Below the pieces are notes generated by a model, which had not been told where the DNA came from, did no database searches, and saw only the letters and a list, made by a program, of their open reading frames with translations. From Fimbriosthenelais zetlandica (Eukaryota): DNA of 64,000 bases. Shown here one piece after another: positions 39,396-53,266 of the stretch. The number at the start of each line of letters is the position of its first letter. Position 1 is the first letter of the stretch. The translations under genes and the position numbers were made by a program. The stretch is taken from positions 25,854,001-25,918,000 of the forward strand of contig OZ365114.1 in the NCBI GenBank assembly GCA_977030845.1. Direction: 5' to 3'.

Positions 39396-42300
39396 TTATT
39401 CTTTCTTTTCGGGAGGGCTGTCATCAGTATTTTGCTCTGTTTTGTATTTGGAGAGTATGTCGACCACCTCTTGATGTTTGAAGCTGACAGCGTCGTCTAG
39501 AGGCGTCTGCTGCCACCGGTCCAGTGGGTTAGGATCCACGTGACATTTATCCAGGAGGAAGTTAATACATTCTACATGTCCCTCGGCGGCCGCCAGGTGA
39601 AGGGCGGTCCTCCCGTCATAGTCAGCCATCCCCATATTGATCCCCATACACGCCAACCTGGAAATGGTTTTTTAAATAAAAATTTTATAAATTTAATTTG
39701 GATAATACAGTACATAGGAAACCAAAGGAATTATATACAATTATGTATTGAGGTAAAGACTATTGCGTTTTGAGGTGTCTTTTCTAAACTCGTGACGAAA
39801 TCTAAGTAATTTTTTTGTGGAAAATTACTATCGTGGGACATATTAAATCTTGAAAATGAATACCTTATTAGAATCAGAATTTGTGAAGGAGCATAGAAAG
39901 GTTATTATTAAATATGAATGTATATGGAATATCTTACCTCCGGAGGGCTGTGAGATCACCGTTGGAAGCACCAAATAGTAAAGTCATGATCTCCAGGCCC
40001 TTCTGATCCACCTTCCTCACACGGGGGTCCGTCTTCTGTGGTGTGTGCTTCAGATTATCGTAATTATGGAAATTGAAGGTGTTCACCAAATCCTGTAATT
40101 ATTCAAAGAGAATATGTTCAAAATAATGAACCCAACTTGGAACTAAAATAAGTGTGGGATGGCAAAATCACTCAGTTGTAACATTATAGATACCGATATC
40201 TTATAATAAATATGAAAGATGAAGAAATGATATCATCAATGGATGGGGAACATAACAAACGAGAGAGCAGAGCAGAGAAATCATTAGTTCTAGTATCAGA
40301 TAATGCGTGCCACCTCATATGTGGATGGCACGGCTCCATTTCCCATGAGGAATTTGACAGTACCATTTTATAGTTCCGGTGAGCAGAGCTAATAAAGTGC
40401 TCAAGTATTTCAATGTTTCTTTGAAATCCTGAGGTATAATGAGATGTTATAATAGTGTAGCCTCACCTTACAGAAGTGGATGCCTCTCACACTGTTCCCG
40501 GTCTCATCTAGCGGTGGTGACCACAAACAAACACCCATCACGTTAGGTACCACCAGTAAGATGGCTCCTGATACACCAGACTTAGCTGGTAGACCCACCT
40601 ACAATCATTCACATTCAATAGTATCACATTCATTACTTTTACAAACTATATGAAAAGACATGGCTGAAAAAATTATCAATTTTGGTAATACACATCACAT
40701 AATACATACATATGTGTCATATGTATGTATTATTCTTATTAATAAGAATAACTTCCCGAAGTTAATATTACTTCGATCATTTAAATTTTACCTAGACATC
40801 ATCAAAAGGTTATATGTAAGAGTCCGAGCCATTCAATGTTAAATACATTACATCCAAGCTGTAAACAGCTACCGGGTTACAGCCAGGAAAACCCAAAAGT
40901 GAACCTACAAATCATGTACCATGACGAAACCCAATAAAGGATCGAAAGACCCCAGTATTCCCTTCTCTATTGTTATTATTATTACACCCATAAATCTTTA
41001 TATTTCATGGAAGGAAACTTACAGTGAATGCGAACTGGCCGGAGTAGTCGTACATGCCACATGAATACATGAGAGAGAGGGTGTTACGGACAGCGCCTGC
41101 CCCCAGTACCCGTGTACCAGTTATAGGACAGATACCTCCATTAGCCAAGGTGGCGGCCATTACAGCGCCTGATTCACATGTAACCTCAATAGAACACAGC
41201 TGAAAATAGTCAGAATAACCTCATAATAATAATAATAAATAGCTATACTTAGAATCGATAGCCTCATAATAATAATAAATATCTATACTTAGAATCGGTT
41301 ATGTGTTTATTATACCCTTAACCTCCAGTAAACGAATAAAAACATGAATAAAAGGAATTAATAAATACATAAATAGAAGAAATACAGCTTTTAACCGGCC
41401 TTCACAGTGCCAATGTATATGACTTTACAGAGTGCAATACAGTAAAAATTATGGCACTCTGATTAGTACCAAAGGTATATTAAATACAGGAATGTACAGG
41501 AAGCTGAACATCCAAATGATCCTATAGTACTGACAACATTTGACTACAAGTGGTATTATCTTTGTTTTGAAACGTGTCTATTCCTTATCATTTTTTTTAA
41601 CTTACCTGAAAGTAAAAATCTAATGTCTCCATCAGATGTGTTCCGTCAGGGAAACACTAGAAATCATAAAAAGAATTTTATTGATATAGGTAATAGCCTC
41701 GAATGGTTTATATTCATAATTATTGTAGAAATCATGAGAAATCACTGTGTTTTAGAGTATCATGATACTGGAACAATACTCACCCTGTTCTCTTTCATGT
41801 AATAACCCAGGGCAAAGTTTCTGTCGGCAGTTTCTCGCTCAGATAAAAAGCTGTAATTTATAATTTAAAAATTATTTTAATAAAATATAATTCGGAATAA
41901 AATAGTGACACAATTTATCTTGCAGACTGTTTCATGTTATTTCTCTAGTGGTCGTTTTTTCAAAATAAGTAAGTTACATTTGGGAGAGTCAAATAAATGG
42001 AAAGCTCAACATTTTGCTAAGTATAGTTGATATATCAGAATAAGGAATATACTTACACGGCATTGTTAAAGCCGAGGTACTCGCCCCCTGCCAGTCTCTT
42101 ATAATGGTTACTGACGTAATCAAACCTGTCTGCTAACTTCAGGTCATTCTTTACTAGTGACGTCACCACTATAGCTCCTGCGTTGATCATTGGATTGTGT
42201 GGCTTACCTAAGACAAAATGAAATCAATAATTTAATATTCCATCGATCCTGAGTACAAAGAATATGACCGTAAACAATAATATAATCTATGGTTGAAATA

Positions 42301-45300
42301 CCAGAACATTTCAAAACACTACAGCACTTTAAATTATCGATATAGAATAACGATAAAAATGTAAAGACAATAGTATTTGGGGTTTTTCTATTTTACTAAC
42401 AGATACCTCAAATAAAATTAATGATATTTAATATTTTCAATCATTCTATTAAAACTATGTGACATACATTGACTTGTTATAATTATTTCTTATTGTAAAA
42501 GGGGTAGAGCTTAATAATATGGTACTTTCCGAGCTTTTCTAAAACAATGCAGGATCTTAGCTTACATTAAGACACAAGTCTAGAAGCTGCAATCCATGCA
42601 TCACCAAAGCCCAGGTCTATTTCATAGTACGTAAGAGTATAGTGAATGTTTTATAGACATTTATACCTTACTATGAGCAGATCTAGGATAGCAGAGGTGA
42701 GTGGGTAGAACAAAGCAACTATGTTTCATATTTAACTAAATCTTGATCTCCCAAGTCTCTAGTTTTGACTTGATATATGCAAGATCAACGAGGGGAAATA
42801 ATAGAAACGTGAAAAATATAAAACTGAAAAGTTGTTTTGTTAGAGGATTAAACTATTAATATTGTCATCGTTTGCCAAATGTCTGTAGAATTTCTGTACA
42901 AATCATTACCAAAACTTGTTATCCTCAGGGAGCAAGCAGGTCATGCTTGATGGTAAATTCAGGAAGCAAAAAGTAGAGACAATGCAAACGTTCTGCTTCC
43001 AAACGTAGGCAGTCCAGGTTTAGCCTGGCTTAAAATGTATCAATCATCAGGAAATTAATCAGTAGTACCTCTCCCACCACGTTCTTGATTCCGCCAATTA
43101 TTTTGCTCGTTATGATCCACTGAGGAACAAATAAACACATTCAAATGTGTCCTTCTACTGAGTTCAGTTTTGACTTAATGTTCATTAAGTTTTTTTGTCC
43201 ATATTGTTATTTTAATTGGAAAAATTAGGAGTGTTATATCAGGAACTGTGGTCAATATAATTAGATAGAGCTCACGCAATCATAATTATTGATCATAGTG
43301 CAATATATAGATATCACCAGAATAAAGTTACATCTGATAAATTGAACACCACTTCAGTCTGAAAGTAATGATTTTCAATGTTCAGTGGATGACATGCTGT
43401 TAGTGTGATGTTAAATTAGGATACAGAGCTTTGTAAGCCCTAAAAAGAGAAAGTGGGTGGTAAAAGTAGTTTTATAACCAAGCAAGGAGGAAATAATATG
43501 AAATATTTTGATATGTCCAACCCGTAGGCAAGGTGGGGAGGAGGGGCCACAGAACTCTAGACATGAGATCCACAATGTACCCTGTTATTATATGAGGCCT
43601 TGTTCAGAATAATATTCTAATTCTAAAGTTTTCCATCCATCTAACAAAGTCAAAGCAGTAATTTTTGTTGATACTTAAAATGAAATGATGCTGTGCATGT
43701 TAGACAAGGTAAGCAATAATTCGAGCAGATAATTTCGAGAATCACATTATTTAAATCTATTTAATTTCACTTACATGATTAATGTATTTTAACAAATGAA
43801 CTACAATTGAATATAAAATTCATGAAGAAAACTGAAAATTTCCCGGGAAAGTTTTGGTAGTAGGGACATCTGCCACGAATCTAAATGATCGATTCAAATG
43901 ATGACAGAGAACACAACTCTTTCTAATCCTTGGGGGTAAGAACCAGTAATTAACCAAACTTGTCACAGTCAGTCAATCTGAACAAGGCTTGGGGGTTAAA
44001 GATACTTGGTAAATCCTAATGCTGAGAGTACGCACCGAAACGTTGATCGCGCGAGCCTGGCAAATAACAAGGTTATTCAGCAACGGTCTCAAGTGAGATA
44101 CAATTAGCATTTTACTATAATTATTTCAAGCATAACCAAGGCAAACAAGGTAATAAAATCTAAAAGAAATAAATGTTTTCTACTCTTGGCTAAAATTTGC
44201 CAAAAATGCCAATATAATATGATCCATGTAAAATTGATTAAATGAATTAATCATAATATAAATCATTTCAGTGAGAAATATTCTGATATAGAGGATTCTG
44301 CGGAGTATTCTATGTGTATACATGTATACATAGACATGCCAGGTATGTTAAAGGGTTGACTAATTACTCACCTTTATGATCCAGTTTGATCTCGTTGAAG
44401 ACTTCCCCGCTGGGTTCTTGGCCCACATATTGGTGGGCCACATCTGGGCCCAACTCGTGCAGGACGAGGGCGTAGGTGAGAGGCTTGCTGCATGACTGAA
44501 GGCAGAAGGGCGTCACTGTCTCTCCGATACTGTGTCTGTGACAAAGGAAACAATATTATCTATTACATTTCATTGATGACCAGTGCCTTGTTACATAATA
44601 CCCGGCACATCTATCTCAGAATGCAGTGTTCAGTTATAAACCAAATTGCGGATACTAAATATGATCCTTGATTTAAATATACCAACCTTTGACCATCGAT
44701 GGTGCAGGCAGACACACCCCAATTATCGGCATTAAAGCGTGCAAGTTGAGGTATATAGTCAGCAACCTGTCAATGATAAAACAGAGCAGCCTTCTATAAC
44801 AATTCATCAGGTTTTATAATCTGGATTATTTCAGAGAAATATAAGAGGAAGAGATTGGTGAAGCAAAACAAAATTGATGATGAAAAAGGCCCGAGTAGTA
44901 AAAAGAACACTTAATTATTAATGAAAAAATTAGTTATTAATAAATACTTTGGTATAAGGCGTGCAAGGATGAATAATACTTGTCCCCCAATAATTGTACG
45001 AGAAGAGTTAGCCACCAGATTCCTGATGTGTGAACTTCATACAGAGGCAAACGTCATTTTTTAGTTTAAATATCTTTATCCCAAGCAGTACAACCTTTTC
45101 CTACGATGGGGGCATATTATATACAGGGAAGAAGCATGTAATGCAGTTGAGCACATGAATAAATCTATAATCAAGCTCAGTTTACCTCTGTTCTCTCGTG
45201 CTGTAGCTTTGAAACAAGTTAAAATTACCATTCAGTTCTCGTAAAGCCTTATGAACCAACAATAAATAATGCTTATTGAATGAGAGGGGTACAATACTGG

Positions 45301-48300
45301 CACTGTATAGTATTAGTACAATAGCTATCTAATACAATAGGACAGAGAAGATCTCAATCACAAATGTGAAACATGTGTGCGTGTAATAAATACAGAACTG
45401 CACCTGTTTCCCCGCATATATAACTAAATGCGTAGGTTCATTCCAGTCACATGTATACAAGAAAGAATGCCATTCACTATGGCGAGAAATGTGATCTTAT
45501 ACAATTCTGTATGCATATTGTTATAGAATTGTATAATGTATAGATATATATTAGCTTGGTTTGGGGTTGTTTACTGCCCTTACCTTGCCTCCTGTATTGG
45601 GTTTACAGTCCCAGTACATCTTGTCCAGCATCTCGGTGAATGCAGGGAAGTCTGGGATGACAAAATCATTGGTGAAAGCTCGGTGGATGAGTACTGCATT
45701 ATCCTTAACACACCTGGTGAAATCAAAGATTCAATGAGTAAAAATATAGACACTACACACCCTTTATACTTTACCTACAGTAAATTCATTTCAAATCTAA
45801 TTGGAAATCCACCTACTGATAAGGATTTTTTCTTATTTTTAAAAATATTTTCAGTTCTTTATTCTTTTCTAGATATACTCGGCCATAGACTTTTCAGTAT
45901 ATTCAGGCGATCACGTATTGAAGTGTCTATTACAGCATTTAGTGACAAACTAAGATTCAGTAGATTCAAACAGTTGACTTACTCTTTAAAGGAAGTCCTG
46001 TCTAGTAGCATGGCCTGCTTGATGTCCTGACCTTGTAGCACCTTCTTTACGCCGGCAAATTTCTGCATAGATTCCCTGAGTCGAGGATCATCAAGGCGAA
46101 GACCGGTGGCCTTGAGATCCTGCAGATAAAAACAAAAACAGATATAGACAAAAAATACAACTTTTAGTCACAGTACTGAGTAGAGTTATCTATAGAAGAA
46201 AACATATTATCAACAATTAAAATCTTATATATTCTTACGTTAAGGAATCTTGGCAAGGATATGCTGTCATTGTCCTCCCCGAGGGCGTCAAAGAGATGAT
46301 CTTCAAAACTCTTGAAGGCGAATATTCTGAAAAAAAAGAATGGAGCCCGTTTAAAAAAAAATAGTAACTCATAGTGTTCAATTTTCTCTCAGGGAATTAT
46401 TTTTTTAAATATACTTCCTGAAATAACATGTATACAAATGGTTTCCGATTAGATAATTAATTGCGGCACGAACTCTTGTTCGGTTCATTTGACCAAGTAA
46501 TCTATTGACCTAAATCGATTTTCTGCGTGCTTGCGCTCTCAGAAATAGAGGGAAAGCTGCCAAGGCAGTTTTCAGAAGTGCAATACAAAATCTATCGCTA
46601 CTCTCAGGAAGCTTATCTAAGGCTCGGTGCAAATGTTTGCTCGAAGGTAAATAATAATATAATATGAAGTGACTTCAAGTCTAATAGTCTGCTATCAGAA
46701 TTGTGTATGGGTAATTTCAGCCTATTTGATATTAATTTTAGCAGTAATTTATAAGGCATTAAATACTGGTTAAACGTATTTTTACATTTAATAAATAATT
46801 GTGTTAGATTATCCCAGTTAATCAGAGGCCTGCATGATAATGTTTTTATTAATTATGGCTTACATGTGTGTATATTTAGATTTGAAATGAGATTGTATTA
46901 CCGCTCTACCTTATCAGATTATTTGATGGATAATTAAAAATGCATGTGGAATCATGCAAATAAACAATCGATTGTTTAAATGATATAGATCACGGCAGGC
47001 CGGCACATGAGATAAGATAGGGGGCGGTAGAACAAGGGTTAAAATAGACATAACCCCCTCAGGTCAAATATTCCCGATTTTTACTACATTAATTTACATG
47101 TATTGAACTCACAGAATCTGTTTCCTATAAATTATAAGACTCTAATTCCTTCAAGACTTGGCCAATTAAATGTTCAGTTCTGTTTTCAATTTCCTCTTAC
47201 GCACATTCCAATCCACTCAAGAATGTGGCTGTCATTAAATATGTAGCTGCTAGTCAGTATTTTGGGCCAAATATCAACCCATTCACTGCAAGCACCCTCC
47301 CACGCACCAACCTGTATCAGCACTATTGTACAATGTAATATAAGAGGCAGAAAGCACCAATAACAGCCCGTAGATATTGTACTTATTTACTGATTTCCAT
47401 TCTCAGCAGGGCCATTCATCCTGCGTCAGACGCCCACCCCCTCTACTACTACCACCATAGAGCCTAGAGGTCCGGTGAACAATGAGCCACTCCTACTCAT
47501 CCTCCTAATGAAAATGGCCCTGGTTGCCATGGAAACCATCAAGAAATATCCCCCACCCCCACATCACACACAGGGGGAGCTATTTTTAGCTTTGATTCTT
47601 ACCCAAATAGAAAGAGGGTACATTAATACAACATGGAAGTCACGATGCTGGGCAAGATGTAAATATAGGAATGCAAACTAGCAGAAAATAGAAAATAAGA
47701 GTATTAAATACCTAGGTCCAAACCTAGGCAAGTTTATATTTTTGATATCAATAGTAATACTAATATATAGTATACATGTAAGCTATATTACCACACTTTC
47801 CCATTAGGTTCCCTTTAAGATTGAATCATACGTTTAACGGTTTAATGATCCCAAATTGAAATAAATATGCTCCTATTACACGCATCATGTACTGAGGTAA
47901 GGGGAGCAGGTGGTGCAGACTAATCGATACAGGGGCAAAGCTCAGAGATGAAAGGAAAAACATGGCCCAAATCTTCCTGAAGACTTGAGTAACATGGCAG
48001 TAAACAGTACAAATTAACCCCTTTTTATGGATTCATTTCCTTGGTACACCACCATATAGGTTATATCTCTGCATTCCTTGTGAGCCATGACAAATAAAAA
48101 TAGATGACGTTGAAACGCTCAACTTTCTTTAGGGTACTAGTACCTAGGCAAACAAAAAATCACCATTTCTAGAAGATTAAGACTAGATTAAGGCCAGGTT
48201 CCGCATGCAAAGGATCTATAAAAGATCCCTAATGTACCAGTAACGTGATCACAATTTCTCATCCAATTAAATTAAATTAGTAGTAAACATAATGAAAGAA

Positions 48301-49758
48301 TAACCATTCAAAATTATATTACAAAATACCATTTAAAGATACAAATGACGCCTTAAAATTAAAAAACTGATATAAGTGAGTCCCAAGATTAACATATAAA
48401 ATAAAACTATACGAAAATGGACAGCAGACTGATCAAAATTAAACATTCATTCACCTTACCGTTGCCTCATATTAATTTCTCTTTCGAACAAAATATATTA
48501 TGGATTTTGAACAGAAGTTAACAACAATAAATTAAATATCTAGGGTCTCTACTACTTACTGTTGAGGATCGTCTTCAGCTACCACAAAGCTTGAATAATT
48601 CCTGCCCAACGCAATTGATCAGTACAAAGAGAAATCCAGAAGGACAAGGAATTAATACCATGCCTTACGAGTTTATTAAATGGATAATTAACGCACCAAC
48701 CCATGCAAGCCCTTGATAATTAGGAGTAGGTCCTAATTACTTGATCATTTTCAGTCTCAGCAAATGCCTTGAATGATGGTATGTAATTGATTATGATAGG
48801 TCGCAATAATTGGTGCATGACTAGAACATTTAACCTCAATCAGGCAATTATCTTCTGCCAAAAATAGAATTTCATAAGACTGTTATTATGTCAAGGACGT
48901 TCTTAACAACACTGGTTCACTTTCTGAGTTTCAATTTAAAGGGAATTAATTTATTCCATAAAAAATATCTGAAACTCAGACAAGTTCTCAGTGACAGATC
49001 CAGGGAGAAAAGCATTTCATATCATTTTTTTTCATAATTTAGTAAAGAAACATAGAAGTTTCAGACGTCCCAAGTCATATTTCATTATTTCAAAAAATTA
49101 TACATTAATTAAATAAAAAACCTGGATGAGACAGAAAGGTTAATAACACTCATAGAATTGCTAGAAACACTCAGGTTGGAACTAATAGTAGCCTAATAAT
49201 TTAATACATGTCTAGATCTAGATCTATTAGACTAATTAGTAAGTAACGTTATTAGTAATAAATAGTGAAACTCAGACTCAATAGTACACACAAGAACCAT
49301 CAAGGTGAGTTAGTCTAAAAGAGCAACTCCTGAAATTATGATCTATGAAGGGAAACCAAGTTGTTTTTAGTCACTCACCTCTCACTCCTGTTGGTGAGGG
49401 CTAAACTCTCATGGTGTCGGAGGTGGGGCAGGCTCCACGGGTTGTGTATTGCACGACTAGGCCTACCCGTGAGCCTGGAACTGACATCATTGAGATTTCC
49501 ACTTGTACTTGTTGTGGATTGGGACGGCTGGTTGGGGACATGTGGTAACCCTCCCGAACTGGCAGAAGAACCACTGAATGCCCGAACTGAGCTCAAGAGA
49601 TTTTTTGATGAATTTCTCCATATTGTCTCATATGTCAGTGGTACCACGCCCTTTCTACACAGGGTGTGGAGATGGTTCAATCCACTACAGTGGCCATGTT
49701 TTAACAAAGCATGTTTAACTGCTCTCCATGAGCTCACGAATGAACCGATTATTTTCAT
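39396..49758 (-). CDS. GLS: Glutaminase, kidney (KGA)-type with C-terminal ankyrin repeats
   Basis: Exons [19 protein letters not shown] (catalytic Ser-x-x-Lys), [39 protein letters not shown]; first coding exon 49758-49379 has a basic, acid-free N-terminus resembling a mitochondrial presequence. Confidence 0.97.
41219..41297. repeat. ~42-bp tandem duplication in a GLS intron
   Basis: cctcataataat...ctatacttagaatcg twice. Confidence 0.85.
43069..43119 (-). CDS. Candidate 51-nt GLS cassette exon ([17 protein letters not shown])
   Basis: gtgtttatttgttcctcag|...|gtacta; phase 1/1, open reading frame. Confidence 0.6.
44036..44056 (-). CDS. Candidate 21-nt GLS microexon (GSRDQRF)
   Basis: ccttgttatttgccag|GCTCGCGCGATCAACGTTTCG|gtgcgt; phase 1/1; CpG-rich against an AT-rich intron. 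Confidence 0.65.
47391..47419 (-). CDS. Candidate alternative GLS first coding exon ([10 protein letters not shown])
   Basis: ATG at 47419, donor CA|gtaaat in phase 2 compatible with exon 46326-46239; upstream GC-box/CRE-like sequence and no pyrimidine tract. Confidence 0.45.
48560..48601 (-). CDS. Candidate 42-nt GLS cassette exon ([14 protein letters not shown])
   Basis: cag|GAATTAT...CAACA|gtaagt; phase 2/2, open. Confidence 0.5.
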
Positions 49759-51153
49759 TAGATCCTCAAGTCTGCTTTTATTTTTCCAACGGGCTTAATC
49801 TATGACTTGTAGAGAAGGATGTCCGGGTACTGTAGCTTTCACCTGAACCAGACAGCCCACGTTTGAAGAGAGAGAAGAACTGTGGTTGGAGCAGATCTGG
49901 GGCTATTTTTATAACAGAAGAGCACCCTATCCGCTCCAATAACTCCACGTGTAGTTCGAGGGTCCAACGGCGTTCTCAATGATAGGTAGGTCCCGAGTAG
50001 ATTAAGAGGTAGTGTCCACAGTTGTCAGTATACTTTCCCTCCTGGTAGCTCTACTAAACAAGAACGATGACTAAGGTTAGGCAGACACACATCAATGAAG
50101 GTTAAGCCTCAGACATGCCCCTGTTTACTATGGTGGGAGTGGGAGTGGGATGGGCGAGCCGAGCCTCCCGACACTAGCGTCACCTAGTACAGGGCCAAAT
50201 AATCACTCAATGTTCTCCAAACTTTACCAACCTAGAACAGAAACCTTTACGTCTTGAATGGTAACAGAACCTTTAGGATAATTGTATTGGAAATGATATA
50301 AATTGCCTTGACAACGACGATTCCGAGCGAGTTGACGTTTGACACCACGCTTCGCGTCCCCCTGGTGGTGATGCTGTCAACTATAATCAATCAGGTTCCG
50401 CAATGGTAAATATATTCAAATTTCACAATTATTATATTAATCCGTTTATATAGAAGAGTGATGCCTTAAATATGCTTCATATTGGTTGATATTAAACTTA
50501 AAGCCAATTTTTATTGATATTTTATGAGTAAGAGTTTATATTTTATTTTAAAAATTGATTTGTTTCACTTAATAATATTGTTGATGTTCTGTACCTGAAT
50601 TAGCCGGCTGAGGCTGAAAACGTGGGAGTCCACCTAAACGTAGCACAGATTTGTGAAAAACGACGATCTAACCCATATATACTACAAACACAGTACGTAT
50701 AATCGATCTCTGTAAGTATTGTATTGTAACTACATTGTAATGCTTGGAAATTTGGCCGTATATAGAGACTATAGACATAATTTATGGTACAGTACTACAT
50801 GCAGGTACCGGTAATACCTACCATTACCAATACCGGTAATAGGCAATAGGCCTAGCCTAGGCTTAGGACTAGGCTAGAGTGAAGCCTGAAGGTGAAGCCT
50901 ATAAATTAGCCTATAGATAAGCGTAATGCTATGCTGATAGGCCCCATGTCCAATAATAATAAGGCACTTAAATAGACATAGGGCCTAGTGTTAGAAAATA
51001 TACAGCATTTCAGGGTAATTAATTTAAATAAATGAAAATATTTTCCAAATAATAATTTTAAAGTATACCGGTATTAAAATAGCCTAAAACTGAAGTCTAA
51101 GATGTCAAAATATATGTAAAAAAACCCAAAAAACTTGATTTATTTTACAGGTC

Positions 51154-52602
51154 ATGGAGGAGGATCCATTCAAAGATTTAAAAATATCTGATTCTACTTA
51201 CCTTGATGGGCTAGAAGGGAGAACTACCTGTCCAAAATGTGGGAGAACAAGAAAGTATTACTGCTACGCATGCTACGTACCAATGGAAGGCGTGAAGGAC
51301 CGCCTTCCAAAGATCAAGGTTAGTCTCAGCCACCTATTTGCCAATTTTCATTAAGGCTTACATATTATCCTCTAAAAAACTTGAAAAATAAAAACTCATA
51401 GAATTAAAAGGTAGCCTATTTGTTAGTTGTTGACAATGTGGTATAATATTATTTTCCAGCTGCCTGTAAAAGTGGACATTATCAAACATCCAAGTGAAGT
51501 GGACGGGAAGAGCACAGCAGTTCATGCAGCCATCATATCACCTGATGATGTCACTATATACACCTACCCTGTCATACCTGATTACAAGGACCCTTCTAGG
51601 GTGAGTATATCCAATAAAACTAAATTAATAATCATCTATGTACTTCTACTCACTGAAATTGTACTACCAACAACCTATGACATACCATTCCCTCCTCAAA
51701 CCCAGGCTTATAGTCGAGATGGGAAAAGTCTCATCATTAGTTAGTTTTAACAAAATAAATACTCAAAGACTTGCGCAATATTTGGTAACCATATATTTTC
51801 CAGGTGCTGCTCATGTTTCCTGGTGAAAAGTCTTCCAGCCTTAGTGATATCTATGAGAGATACCAAGAGTCCAAACCCGAGCCGACCTCAGAGGAGGAAA
51901 GTACAGAAGACACAAAATCATCAGTAGATAAAGACTCCGTCCACAAAGATGACGAGGGGAGTTGTGGAAACAAACGGGTGCACGAAGGGACGAGTGAGGA
52001 GGAGCCACCAAGAAAAAAGACCCACTCAGAGAGCTTACCTTTTGATCGTGTGGTTTTCATTGATAGTACTTGGAACCAAACATTGAAAATATACAGAGAC
52101 GAAAGGTTACGAGGTAGGTACATGTTGATGGTATAATATCCTATTGGAGGTTTTGTTACACTATTTTAGCAGAAATCCTTCCATGAATGACATTTTGGTT
52201 ATTCTATTCAATTCCTTGCAGGCCTCCAACAAGTAGAACTCAAGTCTAGATCGACGAAATTCTGGAGACATCAGAAAGAGAAGCCGGATTCCTACCTCGC
52301 CACCATCGAGGCTATTTACTATTTCTTTATGGACTTTCACGAATTGTTTATGAGCGAGCCAGATGAGGGCAGATATGATAATTTACTCTTCTTCTTCGCG
52401 TACATGTACAGAAAGATAAGAACAATTTACAAAGGTGGAAAAGAACTGAAGGCATACCAAAAAAAGGAAACTACTAAGACACAGGTAAATTAATTACCTC
52501 TGTAATTACTGATTAAGGTTACTAATGCCCTACGCAATTTTAAGATATTCAATGAATAATATTTGTATTTCTTCCTTTGTATCTATCTAGATCGTATATT
52601 GA
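51154..52602 (+). CDS. DTWD1: DTW domain-containing protein 1 (tRNA-uridine aminocarboxypropyltransferase)
   Basis: Exons 51154-51318, 51460-51600, 51804-52113, 52222-52484; [43 protein letters not shown]-terminus either reads through to stop at 52493 or splices to 52591-52602. Confidence 0.93.
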
Positions 52603-53266
52603 TCAGATCATTAGTAATTTAACCAATAACAACTGAGTGGGTAAAATTATGTTAGTCGTTTATTCTCGAGTCCTACATTTAAGAAGGGTATCAAAAGGGA
52701 TACCCCACATATAAGTACCATACAAGATAATGTCGGAAATTCAATCGAATTCAATAGTCTCGCAAGTGAGTTCTCTAAGGATGAACAAAAGCCTGCTCCA
52801 CTAGCGTTAGTATGGCGTGGTGTGCATTACAACCAGATAACGTTGAAAAAAGTGCAAGACATAATTGTTAAGTTATATACAGGTAAACATGGAAAAACTC
52901 CATAAAGAAAAACGGTCTGGAACACATGAGATATATCACAGATATGTTGGATTTCTCAAAAGAAGTCACGCGTAGAAATAAAGCGTCTATGAAAGAATTC
53001 TAGAAAGTATGCACCTAGTTCTATCAATAATAAAATTAAAGTTATCTATAATATCGTCAATGTTTCAAAGGCAAGACTAGCAGTTAATACGTTACTTTGT
53101 TTAAGATCAATCTTAAAGCAAAGGAGAAGAATTACAATTTGGCATGCCCCAAGCGGAGGGTCGATTAAGCTGTATAGACTTCCCTGGCTAGACTTATATT
53201 ATCATCAAATGTTGACCAAGTGGGTCCTTAAAAGGAAGCACCATATTTGTATGTGAATGGAAGATG

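Noticed and set aside
42520-42685. Further GLS microexons of 11, 13 and 14 nt
   Set aside because: None preserves frame alone; the 11+13 combination needs a weak donor and is too speculative.
43775-43831. 57-nt GLS exon candidate with GTAAGT donor
   Set aside because: Contains an in-frame TAA and has intron-like AT-rich composition.
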